A stretch of 64,000 nt of DNA from Candidatus Nealsonbacteria bacterium (lineage in GTDB: Bacteria; Patescibacteriota; Minisyncoccia; Minisyncoccales; JANBVM01). This document shows, one piece after another, positions 1-8,410 of this stretch; positions within the stretch are counted from its first letter, which is position 1, and each line of letters begins with the position of its first letter. Where the stretch lies: positions 322,000 through 385,999 of the forward strand of contig CP061210.1 in the NCBI GenBank assembly GCA_026016225.1. Direction: 5' to 3'. The position numbers were made by a program, and so were the translations under genes. Below the pieces are notes generated by a model. It did not search any database. It was not told where the DNA came from and was given only the letters and a program-made list of their open reading frames with translations.

Positions 1-759
1 TTATCTGAAGCTCGAAAGTATAAGTTATCTTTAACTCTGGCTAATCAATATATGGCCCAATTGGAAGAAGTAACACCGGCAGGAAAAAGCAGCAGAGTGA
101 GAGATGCTGTTTTTGGAAATATCGGCACTTTAATTGTATTTAGGGTAGGAGCTGAAGATGCTGAATATTTAGAAAAAGAATTCGTTCCCGAAGTAACAAC
201 AGAGGATTTAGTTAATTTGAGTAAATATAATATTTATCTGAAATTAATGATAGAGGGAATAGCAGGAAGACCCTTTTCGGCAGAAACTCTTCCCTCTTTT
301 GAAAAACCAAAAAAATCTTACCGAAAAACAATAATTAATATTTCTAGAGAAAGATATGGTATAGAACGAAAAATTATTGAAAGTAAAATTAGCCGTTGGA
401 CTGGGTTAATGGATGAGGCTTTAATTGACGCTAAAACCAGAACTCAACGCTTTAAAAAACTTGTTTTATATGATGCTCAATGTTCTGTGTGCGGTAAAAA
501 AACAAAGGTGGTGTTTCCTCCAGACGGAGTGAGGCCTGTTTATTGTAAATCTTGTCTGAGAAAAATAGAAAAACCCTCAGTATATAGAGGAACAGAAGAA
601 AAAACCAAAACTATTTCTTTAGAAAATACAAAAAAATTAGAACCTGTTTCTTTCTCATCTTCTAAAAAACCTGACAGAAAACAAAGGAGGCCAAAGAAAA
701 AAGTTGATATAAAAGAATTAAAGAAAGCCTTGGAAAAAGCTCTCAAAAAAGAGAAGTGA
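1..759 (+). CDS. TraD/VirD4-like (type IV secretion coupling protein family) ATPase, C-terminal part; 5' end cut by the window edge. Lys-rich tail with a CxxC...CxxC zinc ribbon.
   Basis: Frame 1 is open from base 1 (LSEARKYKLSLTLANQYMAQL...). Motifs EARKY..L..ANQ and GTLIVFRVG are typical of the coupling-protein C-terminal region. CSVCGKK...VYCKSCLRK forms the zinc ribbon. The stop TGA at 757-759 overlaps the pgk GTG start. Confidence 0.6.
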   Translation, partial: LSEARKYKLSLTLANQYMAQLEEVTPAGKSSRVRDAVFGNIGTLIVFRVGAEDAEYLEKEFVPEVTTEDLVNLSKYNIYLKLMIEGIAGRPFSAETLPSFEKPKKSYRKTIINISRERYGIERKIIESKISRWTGLMDEALIDAKTRTQRFKKLVLYDAQCSVCGKKTKVVFPPDGVRPVYCKSCLRKIEKPSVYRGTEEKTKTISLENTKKLEPVSFSSSKKPDRKQRRPKKKVDIKELKKALEKALKKEK

Positions 760-1916
760 AAAAACTTCAAGATTTTAATTTTAAAGGGAAAAATGTATTA
801 GTAAGATGTGATTTTAATGTTCCTCTCTCTAAAGAAGGTAAAATTTTAGATGATTTTCGGATTAAGAGGTCTCTTCCTACTCTAAAATATTTAATAAAAG
901 AAAAGACAAGGGTAATTTTGATAAGCCATCTGGAAACGAAAAAAGGAAAATTTAGTTTAAAACATTTAGTTTCGAGACTGGAAAAGTTATTGGGTCAGAA
1001 GGTAAAATTTTTACCCAATTATTTAAAAGAAAATAGTAGAAAAGAAATAGAAAAAATAATAAAGCCGGGCCAGGTTGTTCTCTTAGAAAATATAAGGTTT
1101 CATAAAGAGGAAAAAGAAAATGATGTGAGTTTTGCAAAAAAAATCTCCAAATTAGGAGATATTTTTGTTAATGAAGCTTTTTCTGTATGTCATAGAGAAC
1201 ATACCTCTATTGTCGCTATTCCAAACTATTTACCAAAAGCTGCCGGGTTTTTATTAGAAAAAGAGCTCAATGTTTTTTCTGAGCTTTTAAAGAGACCCAA
1301 ACATCCATTTGTGGCTATAATTGCAGGGATTAAAATAGAAACAAAAATTAAAACAATTTTAAATATTTTAAAGATAGTTGACCATTTGATTTTAGGAAGT
1401 AAAATAGGGGAAGCAATTTTTGCCCAAAAAGGAATAATAACAGGGAGAGATTTTGCCGAGGTAAAGTTAATGGAAAAAATTGATTTAACAAATCCTAAAA
1501 TTCATTTGCCGTTAGATGGAATAATAGCTTTAAATAATCTAAAAGAAGGATATTTGAGAAAAGGAGGGCTGAGAACTTTAAGAAAAGAAGAAGAGGTTTT
1601 TGATATCGGACCCGAAAGCATAAAAGTTTTTAAAAAAATAATTAAGCCGGCTAAAACTATTTTATGGAATGGACCTTTAGGAATGTATGAAGATAAAAGG
1701 TTTGAAAAAGGAACAAAAGAGATTGCAGATACAATTGTTAGAAATTACTCTGCTTTTAAAGTTGCCGGAGGAGGAGAGACAGTTTCAGCAATAAATACGT
1801 TTGGTTTGGCGGGTAAATTTGATTTTCTTTCTACTGGCGGAGGAGCAATGTTAGAGTTTTTAGCCGGTGAGAAACTGCCGGGCATTGAAGCATTAAACTC
1901 ACAAATTACTTCGTAA
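756..1916 (+). CDS. pgk: phosphoglycerate kinase
   Basis: 386 aa. The N-terminus KGKNVLVRCDFNVPL and the C-terminal STGGGAMLEFLAG motif are diagnostic of Pgk. GTG start in a GTGA overlap with the upstream stop. Confidence 0.95.
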   Translation: MKKLQDFNFKGKNVLVRCDFNVPLSKEGKILDDFRIKRSLPTLKYLIKEKTRVILISHLETKKGKFSLKHLVSRLEKLLGQKVKFLPNYLKENSRKEIEKIIKPGQVVLLENIRFHKEEKENDVSFAKKISKLGDIFVNEAFSVCHREHTSIVAIPNYLPKAAGFLLEKELNVFSELLKRPKHPFVAIIAGIKIETKIKTILNILKIVDHLILGSKIGEAIFAQKGIITGRDFAEVKLMEKIDLTNPKIHLPLDGIIALNNLKEGYLRKGGLRTLRKEEEVFDIGPESIKVFKKIIKPAKTILWNGPLGMYEDKRFEKGTKEIADTIVRNYSAFKVAGGGETVSAINTFGLAGKFDFLSTGGGAMLEFLAGEKLPGIEALNSQITS

Positions 1917-1927
1917 TTAAGAGGCAT

Positions 1928-3064
1928 ATGGCGATTAAGAATCTAAAAAAGGTAGCAGGGCGAATTTTTAAAGCAATAAAGAATAAAGAAAGGATAATTC
2001 TTTACGGAGATGCTGATTTAGATGGTGCAACCTCAGTTATTATCTTGGAAGAAACAATTAAAAACTTAGGCGGTAATATTTCCGCTATTTATTTTCCAGA
2101 CAGAGAAAAAGAAGGTTATGGAATAACAAAAAACGGCTTGGATTATTTAAAGAAATTTCAACCTGCTCTTTTAATTGCTTTAGACTGTGGGATTGGAAAC
2201 TTTAAAGAAATAAAATTGGCAAAAAAAATGAAGTTTAGAGTAATAGTTATTGACCATCACAAGATTTTAGATAAATTACCCGAAGCTGATATTATTGTCG
2301 ACCCAAAACAAAAAGGAGATAAATATCCTTTTAAAGAATTAGCTACGGCAGGTATTGTCTTTAAACTTTCAGAATTGTTATTGAAAGAGAAAATGAGCCA
2401 AAGTTTAAGAAAAAATTTTTTAGAATTGGTGGCTTTAGCTACCATGGCTGATATGATGCCTAAAGTTAATGATAATAAACTTTTTATTGAAGAAGGATTA
2501 GGATATATGGAAAGTTCATGGCGGCCGGGAATAAAAACATTATTTGAAGCTGATTTTTTAAAAAACTTTAATTTATACGAGAAAGTTTCAAAGATTATTT
2601 CTATGTTGAACGTTCGTGATGTAGAAAATAAAATACCTACTTCATTTTTAATTTTGACGACTTCTTCATCTCAAAAATTAGCAGAAATGATTCAAAGATT
2701 AAGAGAAAAGAATAAGCTCAGAAAAGAGAGAGTTAAAGAAATTATTCAAGAGCTTGAAGAAAGAATTTTTAAAAGTAAAGAACTTATTATTTTTGAAGGA
2801 GACTCTCTATGGGAATACCCTTTAATTTCTTCCGTAGCTTCAATTGTCTGTAGAGATTTTGGAAAGCCAACTTTCATCTTTAAAAAATTGAAAGAAGAAA
2901 GTCAGGGTACGGTCAGAGTTCCTTCTAATATTGACAGTGTTTCTTTAATGGGAAAATGTAAAAAATATCTGATAACTTACGGCGGTCATGCTAAAGCTTC
3001 TGGTTTTAGAATAAAAAATGAAAATCTGGAGAAATTTAAAAGTTGCTTAATTAAAAATCTATGA
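1928..3064 (+). CDS. DHH-family phosphoesterase, RecJ-like (short form)
   Basis: 378 aa with the DHH motifs DADLDG, LDCG and VIDHH, and GGHAKASGF near the C-terminus (DHHA1-like). Confidence 0.8.
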   Translation: MAIKNLKKVAGRIFKAIKNKERIILYGDADLDGATSVIILEETIKNLGGNISAIYFPDREKEGYGITKNGLDYLKKFQPALLIALDCGIGNFKEIKLAKKMKFRVIVIDHHKILDKLPEADIIVDPKQKGDKYPFKELATAGIVFKLSELLLKEKMSQSLRKNFLELVALATMADMMPKVNDNKLFIEEGLGYMESSWRPGIKTLFEADFLKNFNLYEKVSKIISMLNVRDVENKIPTSFLILTTSSSQKLAEMIQRLREKNKLRKERVKEIIQELEERIFKSKELIIFEGDSLWEYPLISSVASIVCRDFGKPTFIFKKLKEESQGTVRVPSNIDSVSLMGKCKKYLITYGGHAKASGFRIKNENLEKFKSCLIKNL

Positions 3065-3113
3065 AGAAGATAAGAACCTTGCTTCGCAAGAACCTTGTTT
3101 CCTTCATTTCGTT

Positions 3114-3557
3114 ATGAAGAAAATAATAATTTATACTGACGGTGGCTCAAGGGGTAATCCGGGACCATCTGCTGCTGGAATTGTTTTTTATAATGAAAAA
3201 GGTCAACCTTTTAAAAAATATTCGCAATATTTAGGGGAAGACCTTACTAATAATGAGGCTGAATATTTAGCTGTAATTTTTGCCTTAAAAAAGTTTAAAC
3301 AGCTTTTTGGAAAAAAAATTGCAAAAGTTAGCGAAGTTCAAATAAAGTCTGATTCAGAGTTGTTGGTTAAACAATTAAACGGAAAGTATAAAATTTTAGA
3401 GCAAAAAATTCAATCATTATTTATTACAGTTTGGAATCAAAAATTGGATTTTAAAAAGGTTAAATTCACTCTTGTTCCTCGCAGTAAAAATAAAGAAGCA
3501 GATTTTTTGGTTAATGAAGCTTTAGATAATAAAGATAAGATTAAAAAATTACTGTAA
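3114..3557 (+). CDS. rnhA: ribonuclease HI
   Basis: 147 aa. IYTDGGSRGNPGPSAAG, NNEAEYLA and SDSELLVKQ match the RNase H catalytic-core pattern. Confidence 0.9.
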   Translation: MKKIIIYTDGGSRGNPGPSAAGIVFYNEKGQPFKKYSQYLGEDLTNNEAEYLAVIFALKKFKQLFGKKIAKVSEVQIKSDSELLVKQLNGKYKILEQKIQSLFITVWNQKLDFKKVKFTLVPRSKNKEADFLVNEALDNKDKIKKLL

Positions 3558-3586
3558 TATTTCGTTTTCTTTTTCTTAATCAAAAA

Positions 3587-3612
3587 ATCCACATATGGTA
3601 TGTGGGTTTTTT
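3587..3612. terminator. bidirectional rho-independent terminator shared by rnhA (+) and rnpB (-)
   Basis: Hairpin CCACATA-tgg-TATGTGG (3589-3605) has an A-run on the 5' side and a T-run on the 3' side, so either strand reads as hairpin followed by U-tract. Confidence 0.7.
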
Positions 3613-3615
3613 GAT

Positions 3616-4028
3616 GTCTTAGTAAGCCTATAAGCCGAATTTTGTTCACCCTCATCAGAAAAAAGCTATCTCTTAAGAGGTTAGGTGATCATTTGTCTTG
3701 GCTTTGAGTTACCCCAAGGCTCATGCGAACTACTTTTCCCAAAACTCTAGATAAACCAGGTTTTTGGTTCGTTCTTGCACCCAATAAGGATTTAGCCGTT
3801 TCACTTCAGCCTTCTTTTTATAGCTGAACTCGCCCTCCTTCGCTTTAAGCTATGGAGGGCGCTTCTCGTTTTTCAACTCGAAGCGTCTCTGCTCGCACCT
3901 CTAGCTTTACAGCCGGGGGGTATTACCCCCTATCTTTTTATCCCCGCCGTTTGGCGGGAGAGAGTGTTCGGACTTTCCTCCCCCACGATAATATCTACCG
4001 AGAAGGTAATCACCCAGCTTACTAAGAC
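3616..4028 (-). ncRNA. rnpB: RNase P RNA (bacterial type A-like)
   Basis: The minus strand reads ...GGGGAGGAAAGTCCGAACAC... (universal P4 5' strand, plus 3962-3984) and ...ACAAAATTCGGCTTATAGG... (P4 3' strand/J, plus ~3628-3650). A 12-bp terminal helix pairs GTCTTAGTAAGC (4028-4017) with GCTTACTAAGAC (3627-3616). Ends are +/-10 nt. Confidence 0.9.
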
Positions 4029-4093
4029 AATTTATTCTATCAATTACTAAGTATTTTGTCAAATCCTTATACCTGAGGTAAAATACAGAATAC

Positions 4094-5755
4094 ATGAATT
4101 TAAATCACCTTTTTAATCATCAAACAAGAACAGTAAATATAGCAGCCGGAATATTAGCAGTTTCTGCTTTAATCAGCAGGTTGTTAGGAGTGATGAGAGA
4201 TTGGTTGCTGGCTAAAAGTTTTGGAGCTGGGACTGACCTGGATATTTATTTTGCTGCTTTTAAAATCCCTGATTTTGTCTATAACATTTTAATCTTAGGT
4301 GGAGTTTTAGTAGCTTTTTTACCATTATTTTCTGATTATTTCTCAAAAAATAAAGAAGAAGCTTGGAAATTCTCATCAAACTGTTTAAATATTTTTTTAT
4401 TTTTGCTAATTTTAGTTAGCTTTTTTCTTTTTCTCTTTACTCCTTCTTTGGTAAAATTGATTGTCCCCGGTTTTAGTCAAGAAAAAATAGAAAAAACCAT
4501 ACTTTTAACAAGGATAATGCTTTTAAGTCCGATTTTCCTTGGTCTGAGTTCTGTTTTTTCTGGAATTTTACAATATTTTAATCGATTTTTAATTTATGCT
4601 CTCTGTCCAATTTTATATAATCTGGGAATAATTTTTGGTATTTTGTTCTTTTCTCCTCAGCTCGGAATTCCAGGTGTGGCTATAGGAGTGGTTTTAGGAG
4701 CTTTTTTGCACTTTGCAATTCAAATTCCCTCTGCTTTAAGTTGCGGTTTTTCCTACAAAATGACTCTTGATTTTAAAGACCCAAAGATTAAAAGAGTTTT
4801 TACTTTAATGATTCCTCGAACCCTTGGAATTTCTGCTTCTCAGATAAATTTGGTTGTAATTAATGCTATTGCTTCGACTTTAACTGAGGGCTCTATTTCT
4901 ATTTTCAATTTTGCCAATAACATCCAATACTTTCCAATTGGAATTATCGGAGCCTCTTTTGCTATGGCTGTTTTTCCTACTTTGTCTAAAAATTGGACTG
5001 AAAATGAAAAAGGAAAATTTGTTAATAATTTCTCTTTGGTTTTTCGTCAGATTCTTTATTTAATACTTCCGATTAGTGTATTAGTTTTTATTTTAAGAAA
5101 TGAGATTGTTGGGATTATTTTAAAACATGGTCAATTCTCGATGACAGCAGCTAATTTAACCTCCTCGGCCTTAGCTTTATTTTGTATCGGCCTTTTTGCA
5201 TCTTCTTTAATCCCTTTGTTTTTCCGGGCATTTTTTTCTTTAAAAGATACGAAAACCCCTACTTTAATTGCCATTGTTTCTATGCTCATTAATGTTGCTT
5301 TGAGTTTTTTTCTGACTAAAATTTTAATCTCCCCTCAGTCTTCTTTACAAGAAAGAATTAAGACGCTTTTCATAAAAGCTTTTTCTCTTGAAGGAATAAA
5401 AGATATTTCTGTATTAGGTTTGCCTTTAGCAGTTTCTATAGGTGTTATTTTTCAATTTATTTTAATGATGTTTTTTCTTAGAAAAAGAATTGGTGATTTT
5501 AAATCGAGAGAAATTTTTGATTCTTTTTTAAAAATTTTAGCAGCTGGTATTTTGATGATTATTTCGATTTGCTTCACTCTTTCTATAATTGAACCCATTT
5601 TTAGCAGTAAAACTTTAGGAAACGAAGTTTCAAAAATAGTAATAGTTAGTTTAATTGGCTGTTTGGTTTATCTGTTGGCCACCTTTAGCTTAAACTCACC
5701 TGAGATTAAAAAATTCAAAAATTTGTTTTTAAAAAAGTTTTCCAATGAAAATTAA
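4094..5755 (+). CDS. murJ: lipid II flippase MurJ (MviN family)
   Basis: 553 aa polytopic membrane protein. N-terminal pattern SRLLGVMRDWLLAKSFGAGTDLDIYFAAFKIPDF is typical of MurJ. Confidence 0.9.
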   Translation: MNLNHLFNHQTRTVNIAAGILAVSALISRLLGVMRDWLLAKSFGAGTDLDIYFAAFKIPDFVYNILILGGVLVAFLPLFSDYFSKNKEEAWKFSSNCLNIFLFLLILVSFFLFLFTPSLVKLIVPGFSQEKIEKTILLTRIMLLSPIFLGLSSVFSGILQYFNRFLIYALCPILYNLGIIFGILFFSPQLGIPGVAIGVVLGAFLHFAIQIPSALSCGFSYKMTLDFKDPKIKRVFTLMIPRTLGISASQINLVVINAIASTLTEGSISIFNFANNIQYFPIGIIGASFAMAVFPTLSKNWTENEKGKFVNNFSLVFRQILYLILPISVLVFILRNEIVGIILKHGQFSMTAANLTSSALALFCIGLFASSLIPLFFRAFFSLKDTKTPTLIAIVSMLINVALSFFLTKILISPQSSLQERIKTLFIKAFSLEGIKDISVLGLPLAVSIGVIFQFILMMFFLRKRIGDFKSREIFDSFLKILAAGILMIISICFTLSIIEPIFSSKTLGNEVSKIVIVSLIGCLVYLLATFSLNSPEIKKFKNLFLKKFSNEN

Positions 5756-5757
5756 TT

Positions 5758-7581
5758 ATGCAAAATATTGTAAACTTTATAATTTTTAGCCACATAGACC
5801 ACGGAAAATCTACCTTAGCCGATAGATTTTTGGAACTAACAAATACTATTCCTAAAGAGAAGATGCGTTCTCAGTTTTTAGATATGATGGATTTGGAAAG
5901 AGAAAAAGGTATTACCATTAAAATGCAGCCTGTCCGCATGCACTATACCCTGGACGCTAAACCCTTTAATGCGAAGCATTACAGCGAGCGAAGCGACCGG
6001 TTTGTAACCCTAAATTTGATAGATACTCCCGGACACGTAGATTTCAATTATGAAGTTTCAAGGAGTTTAACTGCCGTAGAAGGTGGAATTTTACTGGTTG
6101 ATGCTACAAAAGGAATTCAGGCTCAAACTTTAGCTAATCTGGAATTAGCCAAAAAAGAAAATTTAGTTATTATTTCAGCCGTAAATAAGATTGATTTACC
6201 TCACGCTAAGGTTGAGGAAACAAAAACAGAGATAGCAGAGCTGTTAAATATCCCCAAAGATGAAGTTTTTGCCATTTCAGCCAAAAAAGGTACAAACGTT
6301 AAAATTATTTTGGAGCAAGTTATTAAAAAAATCCCTCCACCAAAAGGGGATATTGAAAAACCATTCAAAGCTCTAATTTTTGATTCAAAATATGATTCTT
6401 ATAAAGGAGTAATAACTTATGTTAGGGTTTTTGACGGCAGGATTAGAGCAGGTGATAAGATATATTTAATCCAAGCTGGCGTAGAATCTCAAATAAAAGA
6501 GGTGGGATATTTTAGTCCTGCTCTTAAACCCTGTCAGGAGTTAAAAGCTGGTGAAATAGGTTATATAGCTACTGGTATTAAAGAATCCACAAAAATAGTT
6601 ATGGGAGAAACAATTACCAAATTAGAAACTAAAGATATTAATCCTTTGCCCGGATATGAAAAGCCAAAACCAATGGTTTTTGCATCCATTTATCCTGAAA
6701 ACCCTGATAATTTTGAAACCCTGAAAGAAGCATTGAATAAACTAAAATTAAATGATGCCTCTTTATTCTTTGAGGCAGAGACAAAAGAATTTTTGGGGCG
6801 AGGTTTTAAATGTGGGTTTTTAGGTTCTTTACACGCTGAGATAATCTGTGAAAGGTTAAAAAGAGAGTATAAGTTGGACTTAATAATTTCCACTCCTTCT
6901 GTAATTTATAAAATTATTGATAAAAAAGACAGAGAGAGACTTATTTTTTTAGCCAGTGACTGGATAGATAGAAGTGAAATTAAAGAAATAAAAGAACCCT
7001 GGACAAAATTAGAGGTAATAACTCCCATTGATTATCTTGGACGGATTCTGGAGAGTTTAGAGAACTTGAAAGGGAAATACATTGAGACTAAATATCTGAG
7101 CCAGCAAAGACTAATTTTGACTTACGAGGTTCCTTTAAGAAAAATAATTGTTGGATTTTTTGACCGGCTTAAAGGAGTTAGCCAGGGTTTTGCTTCAATG
7201 AATTACGAGGTTTTAGGTTATAAGACAGGAGACTTAGTTAAACTTGATATATTAATTGGAGGTAAAAAAGAAGATGTTTTTTCAAAGATTGTAGATAGAG
7301 AAAATGCTTTTAAGGAAGGAAAAAAAATAGTTTTAAAATTAAAAGAAATTTTACCTGCTCAGCTTTTTGCTTTACCCATTCAAGCAGCAGTTTCAGGTAA
7401 AATTATTGCCAGGACAACAATAAAAGCTAAAAGAAGAGACGTTACGGCTCCCCTTTATGGGGGTGATGTCACCAGAAAGAGAAAGTTATTAGAAAGACAA
7501 AAGAAGGGAAAGAAAAAACTGAAAGAAAGAGGACAGATTCATATTCCTTCTAATGTTTTTTTAAAGATGTTTAGGGGTTGA
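5758..7581 (+). CDS. lepA: translation elongation factor 4 (LepA), carrying a ~12-aa in-frame repeat-derived insertion in the G domain
   Basis: 607 aa. G motifs HIDHGKST, DTPGHVDF and NKID are present, as is the LepA C-terminal YGGDVTRKRKLLERQKKGKK. The insertion is described in findings. Confidence 0.95.
   Translation: MQNIVNFIIFSHIDHGKSTLADRFLELTNTIPKEKMRSQFLDMMDLEREKGITIKMQPVRMHYTLDAKPFNAKHYSERSDRFVTLNLIDTPGHVDFNYEVSRSLTAVEGGILLVDATKGIQAQTLANLELAKKENLVIISAVNKIDLPHAKVEETKTEIAELLNIPKDEVFAISAKKGTNVKIILEQVIKKIPPPKGDIEKPFKALIFDSKYDSYKGVITYVRVFDGRIRAGDKIYLIQAGVESQIKEVGYFSPALKPCQELKAGEIGYIATGIKESTKIVMGETITKLETKDINPLPGYEKPKPMVFASIYPENPDNFETLKEALNKLKLNDASLFFEAETKEFLGRGFKCGFLGSLHAEIICERLKREYKLDLIISTPSVIYKIIDKKDRERLIFLASDWIDRSEIKEIKEPWTKLEVITPIDYLGRILESLENLKGKYIETKYLSQQRLILTYEVPLRKIIVGFFDRLKGVSQGFASMNYEVLGYKTGDLVKLDILIGGKKEDVFSKIVDRENAFKEGKKIVLKLKEILPAQLFALPIQAAVSGKIIARTTIKAKRRDVTAPLYGGDVTRKRKLLERQKKGKKKLKERGQIHIPSNVFLKMFRG
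5966..6002 (+). repeat. copy of the short hairpin + AGCGAAGCGACCGG repeat, embedded in frame in lepA
   Basis: TTAATGCGAAGCATTACAGCGAGCGAAGCGACCGGTT aligns with the 44-bp repeat at 7711-7798. The hairpin is preserved by compensatory changes (AATGC-GAA-GCATT versus AATTAC-GAA-GTAATT). Confidence 0.75.
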
Positions 7582-7605
7582 AAATCATTGAGAATTTTAT
7601 TACTA

Positions 7606-7710
7606 TCAAAACAGAGGGAGTAATAAAAAGAAAATCATACTCAAAATCACTAAAACTACTAAAATAAGCCAGAAGAATTTGAATATTTTTTGAGGTTTTA
7701 CCTTTTTCAT
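7606..7710 (-). CDS. possible 34-aa hydrophobic peptide (MKKVKPQKIFKFFWLILVVLVILSMIFFLLLPLF)
   Basis: Hand-translated minus-strand ATG ORF, below the ORF-track length cutoff. It has one predicted TM helix and no other support. Confidence 0.25.
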   Translation of the reverse strand: MKKVKPQKIFKFFWLILVVLVILSMIFFLLLPLF

Positions 7711-7798
7711 TTAATTACGAAGTAATTACAGGGAGCGAAGCGACCGGTTCCTTCTTAATTACGAAGTAATTACAGGGAGCGAAGCGACCGGTTCCTTC
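7711..7798 (+). repeat. perfect tandem duplication of a 44-bp unit (7711-7754 and 7755-7798)
   Basis: The unit TTAATTACGAAGTAATTACAGGGAGCGAAGCGACCGGTTCCTTC occurs twice without mismatch. Each unit contains the hairpin AATTAC-GAA-GTAATT. Confidence 0.95.
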
Positions 7799-7804
7799 AT
7801 TATT

Positions 7805-8215
7805 ATGATAACAAAAAATAAGATTCAGAAAAAGAAAAAATCTAAAAAAGATATAGTTTTTCAGACTTTCTTTTTAATTTTGACATTATCTTTTATTGGA
7901 TTTTTAGCTTTTTCCAGTTTTAAGATAAATAAAAAAAGAGCAGAGTTGACAGAGAAAATCGAATCTCTGAAAGAAGAAATTGAATTTTTAGAAAAAGAAA
8001 AAGAGCAATTTGAAGCTGGAATTTCTCAAACAGAAAAGGAAAGTTATTGGGAAGAAAGAGTCAGAGAAGAAGGATATGTGAAAGAAGGAGAAAATCCTGT
8101 TGTGATTATTCCTTTAACAGGAGCTCAAGAAGAAGAATTAGAGAAGACACAAGGTTTTTCACAGAGACTATTAGAGAAAATTAAATCTTTACTTGCGAGA
8201 GTAATTCAGTGGTAG
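7805..8215 (+). CDS. FtsB/DivIC-like septum formation initiator (N-terminal TM helix plus coiled coil)
   Basis: 136 aa with a basic N-terminus, a TM helix (FFLILTLSFIGFLAF), a coiled coil (ELTEKIESLKEEIEFLEKEKEQ) and YVKEGE.VV, typical of this family. The last 21 nt overlap tRNA-Gly. Confidence 0.6.
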   Translation: MITKNKIQKKKKSKKDIVFQTFFLILTLSFIGFLAFSSFKINKKRAELTEKIESLKEEIEFLEKEKEQFEAGISQTEKESYWEERVREEGYVKEGENPVVIIPLTGAQEEELEKTQGFSQRLLEKIKSLLARVIQW

Positions 8216-8266
8216 AATGCGTCCTTCCCAAGGACGACGTCGCGGGTTCAAATCCCGTCTCTCGCT
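8195..8266 (+). tRNA. tRNA-Gly(CCC)
   Basis: Hand-folded cloverleaf: acceptor GCGAGAG/CTCTCGC, anticodon arm CGTCC-TTCCCAA-GGACG, T arm GCGGG-TTCAAAT-CCCGT. CCA is not encoded. Confidence 0.9.
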
Positions 8267-8283
8267 CCCAATTATTAAAATTT

Positions 8284-8355
8284 GCCGCCTTAGCTCAATG
8301 GTAGAGCAATCGCCCCGTAAGCGGTAGGTTCTCGGTTCAATCCCGAGAGGCGGCT
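8284..8355 (+). tRNA. tRNA-Thr(CGU), with an unusual C at position 33
   Basis: Acceptor GCCGCCT/AGGCGGC, D arm GCTC-AATGGTA-GAGC, anticodon arm ATCGC-CCCGTAA-GCGGT, T arm CTCGG-TTCAATC-CCGAG. Confidence 0.85.
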
Positions 8356-8410
8356 TATGCAAAACCTCTTTAATTTTTGATAGTTTTAGTATATAATGTG
8401 TAATATTGCT

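Noticed and set aside
3907-4095. 62-aa minus-strand ORF
   Set aside because: It overlaps the RNase P RNA 5' half, including the GGAAAGTCC core.
7711-7798. Tandem 44-bp repeats considered as a CRISPR array
   Set aside because: The two units are directly adjacent with no spacers. There are only two copies and no cas genes.
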